A DNA stretch of 33,925 nt from a virus (taxonomy: Duplodnaviria; Caudoviricetes). The position numbers were made by a program, and so were the translations under genes. The notes below the pieces were generated by a model, which saw only the letters and a list, made by a program, of their open reading frames with translations, made no database searches and had not been told where the DNA came from. Of this stretch, positions 26,346 through 33,925 are shown in pieces. The stretch's first letter is position 1, and each line of letters begins with the position of its first letter. Where the stretch lies: positions 1 through 33,925 of IMG/VR virus record IMGVR_UViG_3300022886_000001, one strand, 5' to 3'.

Positions 26346-26951
26346 ATGTTGTATGTATTGATGTATATTTGGCAATTATTAACAGCCTGTGTTTGTTGGA
26401 AAAAACAATTTAAAGTAATCTCTATTTATTTAGCAGGATCTTTATTATTGGATATTTTGTGTCAATTTTTTCAATGGCTACAAATTTATCCCAAGCCTTA
26501 TACTGGCTACGGTTTACTTCTGTGGTTGTTCTCCAGCGCCTGCTATTTATTACAACCCACTTTACTAACTTATCTCTCTGGTATGGCTTGCCAGTCCAAA
26601 ACCTTTAAGGAAGTCAGTCTAATAAGTTTTCCAGCCATGATGATTTTGATTTATTGTTTATATCCTTGGGTGGCTGGATTGGCTATGTTGAGAGTTTTTT
26701 CAGCCTACTTTTTATCGCTATGCTTATTTAGCTCTATCGCTCTGATAAGTCAATTAAAATCACAATTCGGAATGCAAAAAATTCTGCTGCTCTTATGTAG
26801 TTTAGGCGGAGCAGCAGAATTCTTATTGTTAAACCATTTTAATTTTCTTCATGATTATTATTTGCTAAATCTTGGCAATGGCATTTTTTATTTGATAATT
26901 CTAATTGTTGTTTGGAAACATTCAAAATTAAAGAATGTACTTCCTCAGTAA
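26346..26951 (+). CDS. Multi-pass (about 6-7 TM) membrane protein
   Basis: Repeated hydrophobic segments; AAGGA-N4-ATG. Confidence 0.7.
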   Translation: MLYVLMYIWQLLTACVCWKKQFKVISIYLAGSLLLDILCQFFQWLQIYPKPYTGYGLLLWLFSSACYLLQPTLLTYLSGMACQSKTFKEVSLISFPAMMILIYCLYPWVAGLAMLRVFSAYFLSLCLFSSIALISQLKSQFGMQKILLLLCSLGGAAEFLLLNHFNFLHDYYLLNLGNGIFYLIILIVVWKHSKLKNVLPQ

Positions 26952-27168
26952 AAGATATTATTAGTTTATTAAGATATAATAATTTTTCTTCTTCTTTGGT
27001 TAATTTTTCTTTAATTTCTTGATTTTTATAAAACAAATAATGCATTTCTGTTGTCAAGTAGAAAAAGAAAAAACCAGCTATAATTAGAATAACTAAGGCG
27101 AAATAAATTAAAGCAATTATAACCTTATAGAGGAGGCTTGATAGGAGCAGTAAAGAGATTGTTTCCAT
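26839..27168 (-). CDS. Membrane-anchored coiled-coil protein (possible lysis accessory; start revised to 27168)
   Basis: GGAG RBS; long N-terminal hydrophobic stretch then charged helix. Confidence 0.5.
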   Translation of the reverse strand: METISLLLLSSLLYKVIIALIYFALVILIIAGFFFFYLTTEMHYLFYKNQEIKEKLTKEEEKLLYLNKLIISFTEEVHSLILNVSKQQLELSNKKCHCQDLANNNHEEN

Positions 27169-27634
27169 TTTTGACTCCTGAATTGTACATTTCATCAGGA
27201 GCCGAATATCCTGGATTGCTTTTTTCTCTGATTGTGGCTGCAATTTTCTCTATCTTATCATTCCTAATCTCACCTCGAACTGATTCCATTTCCTGATCAA
27301 TTTTATTGATAATCCTACCTTCAACAGTTAGTAAGGCTTCTTTAAAAGTAACAATAGCTTCGGATATTTTATCAATAGCTTTGGTGTTATTTTCATAGAG
27401 CGTAAAATAACGATCATTGATTTTAGTAATTTCAATAGTTCTAGTTTCTAAAGCTGAACTTTTAGATTTCAAATACTCTTTAATTAAAAGAATCATATCA
27501 GCTCTTTGAGTCCAGATGATAATTAATAAAAAAGCTACCAAACCAATCCAAAAGTGACTGGATAAAGAAGCTAGGATTGAACTATAATCTAAAGTAATTC
27601 CATCAGATGCTAGAAACATTTTAATCTTCTCCAA
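27125..27634 (-). CDS. Putative holin-like single-TM coiled-coil protein
   Basis: FWIGLVAFLLIIIW TM then coiled coil with ENNTKAI; after the tail fibres. Confidence 0.45.
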   Translation of the reverse strand: MEKIKMFLASDGITLDYSSILASLSSHFWIGLVAFLLIIIWTQRADMILLIKEYLKSKSSALETRTIEITKINDRYFTLYENNTKAIDKISEAIVTFKEALLTVEGRIINKIDQEMESVRGEIRNDKIEKIAATIREKSNPGYSAPDEMYNSGVKNGNNLFTAPIKPPL

Positions 27635-28940
27635 CTATAGTGCGTGTATAAGTGAAAGAGATATAATCAATAACTCCGTTAACTTTAGAATTAGCTCCCG
27701 ATTCAGGAATGAATTCTACAAAATATCTTTGAGTTGATCTGTCAGCAGTATGGGCTATGGAAGATACTGTAATACTATGAGCAGCATCATAAGCAGTTCC
27801 AGTGACAGTATCTGATTGAGAGGCTAGAGTTAATGTTAAATTACTGCCTGAATCATAACGTTTAATATTAACTAAAGGTTGTGTAGCTCCTGTTGGCCAG
27901 GCAGATGTATGGCCAGTGGCAGGATCAACTCTGACAACTACTGTATTTAAAACTGCACCATGAGGAATATCTAATGGAAATTTTATATTTGCTCCTAATG
28001 CTGCACTTTGCCAAACACCTCCACCAATTTCGGTCCAAAATCCACTACTATCAAAAGGAGTTGAATTAACAATTCTAGTTACTGATCTAGAACTAACTGT
28101 ATAAGATCCGGTATTGGTAAGATCGGATACTCTAGTATTTCCATCACATTGAAAATCAGTATCTACCAATAAACTGCCCGTAATTTCAGCATCATCAATA
28201 ACAACATTGCTAAGAGTACTACTAGCTGTAGTTGTTAAATTGGTAATTGTAGCATTATTACTAACAGTTAAATTTGTTGCCGAGAGTGATGAAGCAGTAA
28301 TAGCTCCAACAGTAATAGCTCCACTAACTCCTCGTTGAACTAAAGTATCAGCTATATTAGTTTTACTATAAAAGCTAGGATTTACTTGAATATCATTAGC
28401 ATTAACTATAACGGTATTGTCGCCGTTTTGCCCTACATTATACGCTCCGCCACTAAAAATTAAACCTGCACCAGCCAAACCTCCACCACCAGTAAAAGCT
28501 CTGATTATAGGATTGTATTTAGAAACCCATCCAAATTGAGAATCTCCCTCGGTGGATTCAGCAAAAGCTCCAACTCTCAAACTATTAGCAGTTAAAACAT
28601 AAACACCAAAAGTGGTAGTATAACTTGGTTGAGCTGTACCATTGATATCAAAGCCATTATTAACAACGCTCTGAAAGATTAAAGCAGCACCATCAGAGGT
28701 ACTTGCTGGAGCAGTAAAAGTAGCAGTTTTGGTTACTGGATTAATGCTTGCAGCAATTTCTAAAGTAATAGTACTAGCTGAATTAAGCTCATCAGTATTA
28801 ATACAAATAACTCGCCAAGTAGTTACGCCAGCAGCATCAGCTAAAGCAATAGTAACAGTGGCTGAAGGTGAAACATCTCTGCCATCAAGAGTTGGGCTAC
28901 CATCAACAGTACATAATGGAGAAGGATTAGTGATTGTCAT
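27621..28940 (-). CDS. Tail fibre / receptor-binding protein 2
   Basis: 439 aa Thr/Ser/Gly-rich, beta-repeat shaft, C-terminal domain paralogous to fibre 1. Confidence 0.75.
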   Translation of the reverse strand: MTITNPSPLCTVDGSPTLDGRDVSPSATVTIALADAAGVTTWRVICINTDELNSASTITLEIAASINPVTKTATFTAPASTSDGAALIFQSVVNNGFDINGTAQPSYTTTFGVYVLTANSLRVGAFAESTEGDSQFGWVSKYNPIIRAFTGGGGLAGAGLIFSGGAYNVGQNGDNTVIVNANDIQVNPSFYSKTNIADTLVQRGVSGAITVGAITASSLSATNLTVSNNATITNLTTTASSTLSNVVIDDAEITGSLLVDTDFQCDGNTRVSDLTNTGSYTVSSRSVTRIVNSTPFDSSGFWTEIGGGVWQSAALGANIKFPLDIPHGAVLNTVVVRVDPATGHTSAWPTGATQPLVNIKRYDSGSNLTLTLASQSDTVTGTAYDAAHSITVSSIAHTADRSTQRYFVEFIPESGANSKVNGVIDYISFTYTRTIVGED

Positions 28941-28958
28941 AATTGATATTCCTTATTT

Positions 28959-30047
28959 TTATTTTGAATCATCCATATTACTAACAGTATAGTTAATAGT
29001 AATTCCGTTAATTTGACAGTCTGCTAAAGCATCAGCTCCACCCTCTGAACTAAAAACTAAAGTGTATCTATTAAGAGTATTATCAACAGTTATTCCACCT
29101 ATTGGAGCAACTTGAATGGTATGATTTAATTGATAAGCTGTTAAAGTTCCAGAAGGATCAGATCTAGCAAAACTAGTTGGCCCAGTACCATCTGCAACAT
29201 TTCTAATTACTAAAGTAAAAATTGGTAAAATTAAAGAAAATCCGGTATGTGCAGGATTAGGTTTAATTGCAATAGTAGCAGTATGAAGAATTGCTCCATT
29301 AGGTAAGCTTAATTCCCACATGATATCAAAAGGATTAGTTCCAACGGTTTGAATATAACCGAATCCTAAAGTATCAATATTGTAACCACTAGAAGGAGAA
29401 AAAGGTGTAGTTTGTACAGCCCTAGTAAAAGTTCTAGGAGAATTGAACTTAACTTTATTAGAACCTGATAATTGAAAATCATCAGCTAGAATTGTTCCAG
29501 TAGCAATTAAAACTCCAGCTAATGAAATAGAAGCAGTAGGTCTAACAGTTAAAATAAAGGAGTTATTTAATGTTAAAGCTCCATTAACATTACCTGATAG
29601 AGTAGGATCATTAAAAGAAACAATACCATTTAAATTGATGGTATTACCAGCATTTTGATTTAAAACAGAAGTACTAGTTAAAGCTACAGTATCTGTAATA
29701 GTAATAGGATCGTTAAATGTAACGATTCCATTAAAAGTAGAGACTGAACCAGTATCAGTTAGAAAAACTCCTCCAGTCTTGACATCAAAAGTACCTGAAG
29801 AGATATTAATTATTGAACCAGTATTAACATTTAAGCTAGATCCAGTATTAAAATTAGCTTGGGTTCCAGTATTCCAATTGATTTTAGCTCCAGATCCAGC
29901 TACAGTCACATTGCTAGCCAGAGTATCTGTTTGTGATAATCTTTTATCTAAAGCGTTGGTTACATTGATATCCATAGCATTTTGTTGAGCTGAAGATAAT
30001 TTTTCATTAGTAGCCCAACCAGCGGTTTTTACACGTGTAATAGTCAT
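28959..30047 (-). CDS. Tail fibre protein 1
   Basis: 362 aa after the gp48-like wedge; N-terminal anchor GWATNEKLSSAQQN; beta-repeat shaft. Confidence 0.75.
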   Translation of the reverse strand: MTITRVKTAGWATNEKLSSAQQNAMDINVTNALDKRLSQTDTLASNVTVAGSGAKINWNTGTQANFNTGSSLNVNTGSIINISSGTFDVKTGGVFLTDTGSVSTFNGIVTFNDPITITDTVALTSTSVLNQNAGNTINLNGIVSFNDPTLSGNVNGALTLNNSFILTVRPTASISLAGVLIATGTILADDFQLSGSNKVKFNSPRTFTRAVQTTPFSPSSGYNIDTLGFGYIQTVGTNPFDIMWELSLPNGAILHTATIAIKPNPAHTGFSLILPIFTLVIRNVADGTGPTSFARSDPSGTLTAYQLNHTIQVAPIGGITVDNTLNRYTLVFSSEGGADALADCQINGITINYTVSNMDDSK

Positions 30048-30056
30048 AGTTTTTCC

Positions 30057-30749
30057 TTAATCAAAGGCCTCATTGTCAAGATTGTTTTCATCATCTAAAA
30101 AGAAACCGTCACCATGAGTACCATTTCTAAACCAGTTGAAATCAACCCAAGCTGGCAAAAAGTTATCTAGAAAAGGATAAATTTGACCAACACGTTCATA
30201 GAAAGTAGCATTATTCATATTAAATGGTTGCAAGGTTTTAATAGCTACATAAGCCAAAGTGCTATACCAAGCTCCATCTCCTAGAGTAGCTCCACCTGGT
30301 ATAGTGGCTCCTCCTGGAACAAATCCTATGGCAGTAGAAAAATCTCCATTAACGATATTGACATAGACGTCTTGCAAGATACTTTCTAGTAAATCATTAA
30401 TAACCTGTTGAGTTCCGGCTTTACCAAAGTTAGCTAATTTAATTCCAATAGCATCTCTACGATCTACGTCTGTAGAAAATCTTCCAGGAACAATACCTAG
30501 AATTTTCTCCCACCTGGGTATAAAATCTGTCATCTTTTCGGGATTCCATTGATTAGCCAGCTTATTATTGGTAGACCAGAGATCAGCTAATGCTCGGGCT
30601 AAAGCATTATTTTCAGCCCAAACAATAGACTCTCCATCTTTACTTAAAGCCGTACCATCTTGCTCCATTAAGGAATTTAAGATGGTTTCATAAGCAGATT
30701 CTGTTGAAGCTCCAAATTTCTGAGGTGATGGATTAAAATTACCAGTCAT
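30057..30749 (-). CDS. Baseplate wedge protein (Mu gp48/DUF2313-like)
   Basis: FIPRWEKILGI...RR and C-terminal LPAW motifs. Confidence 0.82.
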   Translation of the reverse strand: MTGNFNPSPQKFGASTESAYETILNSLMEQDGTALSKDGESIVWAENNALARALADLWSTNNKLANQWNPEKMTDFIPRWEKILGIVPGRFSTDVDRRDAIGIKLANFGKAGTQQVINDLLESILQDVYVNIVNGDFSTAIGFVPGGATIPGGATLGDGAWYSTLAYVAIKTLQPFNMNNATFYERVGQIYPFLDNFLPAWVDFNWFRNGTHGDGFFLDDENNLDNEAFD

Positions 30750-30756
30750 AATTCCT

Positions 30757-31248
30757 TTAGATGGCCATTAAGTTAATTCTAACGCTTCCAGAAATAGGAT
30801 CTGCCAATATGCCATCTTGTGTAGACCAGACTGCAATATTAAAAACATTAGCGCCTATTTTTTTACAATTGGCAAAATATCCATCAGCTAAATCTTCAAT
30901 ATTAGCAAATCCGACATTTAAATTAACTGAGTGAGTTGTACCTCTGGCATCCACTACTGAAGTTGGAAAAGTAACAGCATATAATCCAGGAATAAGTTTA
31001 ACAACTACAGGTTTGACAGTATTATCATTACCATAAACTGCATCATAATCATTGGAAGCAATGGTAACAGTTGACCCAGATACTGTAAAAGCTACCCAAG
31101 CTCTAGTTGCTGTTCTAGTCATAGCAGAAGTATCACATCGAGAAGCATTGCTGGCTTCAGCTGATAAGTCTGTTTCAGGATCCTCCACTGGAGAATAATC
31201 TTGCAATTCTCCGCCATATTGAGCGTAGCTACTTTTTTCAGGTAACAT
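30757..31248 (-). CDS. Hypothetical baseplate-region protein
   Basis: 163 aa between the J-like and gp48-like genes; TRAWVAF...GLYAVTF beta pattern. Confidence 0.6.
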   Translation of the reverse strand: MLPEKSSYAQYGGELQDYSPVEDPETDLSAEASNASRCDTSAMTRTATRAWVAFTVSGSTVTIASNDYDAVYGNDNTVKPVVVKLIPGLYAVTFPTSVVDARGTTHSVNLNVGFANIEDLADGYFANCKKIGANVFNIAVWSTQDGILADPISGSVRINLMAI

Positions 31249-31259
31249 GTTTAATTTCC

Positions 31260-32762
31260 TTATTCTTGTGAAGGATAAAATCCAATTTTATCAGGTACAA
31301 TTTGAAATGGAGCATCAGTAATTAATGCCGGAACTGGTGGAGTAATTATACTTCTAAAGGTATAATCTGCTTGAAAAACCTCTTCTCCAGAGTCAATAAT
31401 TCTTCTAAGGAAAAGTGAATTCAAACTAGCAGGATAACTATCACCAACCAACGGACGTCGGTAAGCTCTTGGTAGAAGTGAACTAATATCTGTTTTTTCT
31501 CCAGGTCCCATATTGGCAAAAGAATTAAACAAAGCAGCTACATAGGTAGTCATACTAACTGCATTTGGAAAAACATAATCTCCGACTGCAATTACCACTC
31601 CATTATCAGAAACAAAAGGTTTATCAATAACTAGATTTTTAGCCAAACCAGATGTAGTAAAACTAATAACCGTAGCAGTTCTTAATTGCCAATCATCCGT
31701 AGAGATCCAGCAAACTTGAGTAACTTCAGCTGTAGGATCAATATCAGAAAGGACAGAGAAAGTAGTAGAATTAGTTACAGCGGTTACAGCAGAAAAACCA
31801 GTACTGACATGAATTGGAAATGGGTTTGCATCTGTCCATCCAGTACCATTACCAGGAATAGAAGCCGTAGTAGCTGAAGGCAAAGCTAAACTAATACCTA
31901 CAGAAGCTGGTAAATTTTGCACTGTAGTAATAATTGGTTCTGCGAATTCAGGAAAAGCAGCAACGATATCTGGAATTATTTTGGTGGCTAAAACAATAGG
32001 GTCGATATTTCGATTCTTATTGCTTGGAGTTGGAGCAGAAACTACCGCAACTCCATAAGTAGCAGGACCGTTACATGCCGGATAAACGAAAGCTTTTTGA
32101 ACAGCTACAGTTGAATCTTCTGCTGTTCCGGCCACTTGAGACCAATTTCCACCACCTGGAGGATTTCTTAATCTTTCTAGCAATCTGGTTCGTAATCCTT
32201 CAATATCTTCTGCATCAATACCTCCAATTAAACCACCAGTAGTAATAATAGCTGTTGGATTGACGAATGGTGGAGGACTAATCCAGCGCAAAGTGGAATT
32301 TCCAGCAAGATTAGTTGCAGCTCCAGTATCAATAGAACTAATTGGAACCTGATCTCCATCACTATAAATACCACCAATACTTACTTGATAACTTAAACCA
32401 GAGTCATCTTGTAATTGAGCTTGAAAAGGAATAGGTATTGGGCTGGAAATACTGGCTGATAAAGCAATAGTTCCTGAAGATCCACCAGCAGATCTTAGAA
32501 ATAGCTTATAGATTTTGGCTAATCTTTCTAAGTCTGCACCGACAGCAGAGTCTGGCATTTGAGCATTAGCTTTAATTACAGTGTTATTAGCAACAATAGA
32601 TAATTGTTGAGCTAAAGAAGTAGCTTTGATGTAGATTTCAGTACCACTTGAAACGTTAGGATTATCAATACCTCTTTTGATTAATTCAGCTTTGTAGGTA
32701 CGAAGGAAATCATCTCTAATTTCTTCTTCAGTTTTAATTCTGAGTTGTGCTAAGTCAGCCAT
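31260..32762 (-). CDS. Baseplate J-like protein (Mu gp47)
   Basis: GGIDAEDIEGLRTRLLERLRNPPGGGN...VQKAFVYP...GPAT. Confidence 0.93.
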   Translation of the reverse strand: MADLAQLRIKTEEEIRDDFLRTYKAELIKRGIDNPNVSSGTEIYIKATSLAQQLSIVANNTVIKANAQMPDSAVGADLERLAKIYKLFLRSAGGSSGTIALSASISSPIPIPFQAQLQDDSGLSYQVSIGGIYSDGDQVPISSIDTGAATNLAGNSTLRWISPPPFVNPTAIITTGGLIGGIDAEDIEGLRTRLLERLRNPPGGGNWSQVAGTAEDSTVAVQKAFVYPACNGPATYGVAVVSAPTPSNKNRNIDPIVLATKIIPDIVAAFPEFAEPIITTVQNLPASVGISLALPSATTASIPGNGTGWTDANPFPIHVSTGFSAVTAVTNSTTFSVLSDIDPTAEVTQVCWISTDDWQLRTATVISFTTSGLAKNLVIDKPFVSDNGVVIAVGDYVFPNAVSMTTYVAALFNSFANMGPGEKTDISSLLPRAYRRPLVGDSYPASLNSLFLRRIIDSGEEVFQADYTFRSIITPPVPALITDAPFQIVPDKIGFYPSQE

Positions 32763-32778
32763 AATAAGATTTCCTTGA

Positions 32779-33246
32779 TTAGAATTTAAAGGTGTTTTGT
32801 TCTGAACTAGAAGTATTGGTCCACTTGACGGTAATCTCTAGACCACTAACAGTAGCTCTATTAACTTCAACACTGTTTAGAATAATTAATTTCTTGGTGA
32901 TTAGATTTTTTAAAGTATCATTAACTGCTAATTTAATTTTCAATTCAGCCGAGTCGCTGATAACTTTAGCTTTGAAATCAAAACCAAAATTAGCTACTGA
33001 AGAACTATTTTTAATGGTTCTTAAAGCTAAGAAAACCATCTGATTAACAGAATCATCTCCAACATTATTACCATTGGCATCTAAGACATAATCTCCAGTA
33101 TTAGGATTAGTTTTAGCAACATTGCCGTAAGTGCCGTCTACTTTTCTGAATAATTTAGCTGTGGTAGAATTAATGGAAGCTGGAGATCCATAACCATATT
33201 GACTACTGCCTAAACCAGATTGTCCTAAATATAAATTTCCTGTCAT
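32779..33246 (-). CDS. Baseplate wedge / sheath initiator (gp46/gp25-like)
   Basis: QMVFLALRTIKNSS..NFGF...VNDTLKNLI pattern; precedes the J-like gene. Confidence 0.7.
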   Translation of the reverse strand: MTGNLYLGQSGLGSSQYGYGSPASINSTTAKLFRKVDGTYGNVAKTNPNTGDYVLDANGNNVGDDSVNQMVFLALRTIKNSSSVANFGFDFKAKVISDSAELKIKLAVNDTLKNLITKKLIILNSVEVNRATVSGLEITVKWTNTSSSEQNTFKF

Positions 33247-33252
33247 AATTCC

Positions 33253-33579
33253 TTAAAGAGGGCAAGATGGGAGAGGTAGGGTAATGGTAGATAGTGTAGG
33301 TATAGTCACAGAAGGTAAAATAATTGGAGGTAAAGTAAAACTTAAATCAGGTAAAGATAAACCAATATCCAAATTCAAACTTAAAGCAATTGTTGCCAAA
33401 CTTGGAAGTGTTAAGCTTGGTAAAGTTATTGGAGGTAGATTGAAACTTAAACTAGGCAAACTCAGCCCAATGTCTAAAGATAAGTTTAAAGCAATTGTAG
33501 GTAGGGATGGTAAAGTTAAAGTTGGTAAAGTAATTGGAGGAATAGAGAAGGAAGGAAAAGAACAAGGCCCGGTAGTCAT
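33253..33579 (-). CDS. Pro/Leu/Ser-rich protein of about 2.7 tandem 35-aa repeats with terminal Cys residues
   Basis: Unit SFxxPPITLPxLTLPSLxTIALxLxLDIGLSLPxL; between the spike and gp46-like genes. Confidence 0.65.
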   Translation of the reverse strand: MTTGPCSFPSFSIPPITLPTLTLPSLPTIALNLSLDIGLSLPSLSFNLPPITLPSLTLPSLATIALSLNLDIGLSLPDLSFTLPPIILPSVTIPTLSTITLPLPSCPL

Positions 33580-33581
33580 TT

Positions 33582-33925
33582 TTAGTCTGCTGCTTTAACC
33601 GAAGTTGAAGCTACTGTTGGAGCCAAACTAGGAGGAGTGCCAGAAGTAACTCCCTGTGAACTTGGTCCAGTTAAAGTGATGGCTATATTTAAGGACAAAA
33701 GGTAAGCTGTTACTGCTGTTGCCCAGGTAATTAAATCTGGAGCTAAAGCGATTGACTTGGAAGCGTTGGCTCCAAGACTAACTGATCCAGCATTTAAAGC
33801 CATAGTTTCACCAATCAAAGCCATAGCTCCTGTAGATCCTAAATTTAAAGTTCCTGTAGTTACCATTTTAATTCCATCGCTATCCATGGAGATTGCAGAT
33901 TTATCAGCCATAGCTAAATTAATCT
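33582..33925 (-). CDS. Baseplate spike (gp45-like), 3' part
   Basis: In-frame continuation of 575->1 through the 127-bp overlap. Confidence 0.8.
   Translation of the reverse strand, partial: INLAMADKSAISMDSDGIKMVTTGTLNLGSTGAMALIGETMALNAGSVSLGANASKSIALAPDLITWATAVTAYLLSLNIAITLTGPSSQGVTSGTPPSLAPTVASTSVKAAD
33799..33925. repeat. Terminal direct repeat, identical to 1-127
   Basis: Exact match. Confidence 0.97.

Noticed and set aside
27621-30047. Diversity-generating retroelement or Gin-type fibre inversion
   Set aside because: No reverse transcriptase, invertase or near-identical TR/VR nucleotide pair seen

Overview
The window is an apparently complete, AT-rich tailed-phage genome. Bases 1-127 are identical to 33799-33925, so it closes as a 33,798-bp circle, and the baseplate-spike gene reads in frame across the junction. 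Almost all genes are on the minus strand. In reading order: a RecA/AAA_25-type helicase and small early genes (23807->19811); small late genes and terminase; portal, scaffold and major capsid; head-tail joining genes with an inserted accessory trio; a Mu-like contractile tail (sheath, tube, frameshifted chaperone, tape measure, gp43-gp48-like baseplate); two tail fibres; membrane/holin-like genes. A plus-strand accessory cassette (24392-26951) encodes a PD-(D/E)xK-like protein, Cys-rich lipoproteins and a multi-pass membrane protein. I could not recognise an integrase, transposase, repressor, primase/polymerase, endolysin, tRNA or CRISPR array. The most notable non-coding signals: a three-copy bipartite late-promoter motif; a ~415-bp nested inverted-repeat control region; a 24-bp double-palindromic element present twice, once apparently inserted in frame in a signal peptide; a structured tube-chaperone spacer with complementary hairpin loops; a CCCTTTA -1 frameshift; and an RBS-sequestering hairpin. 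Protein calls rest on motifs, gene order and recalled family patterns; no database searches were run.
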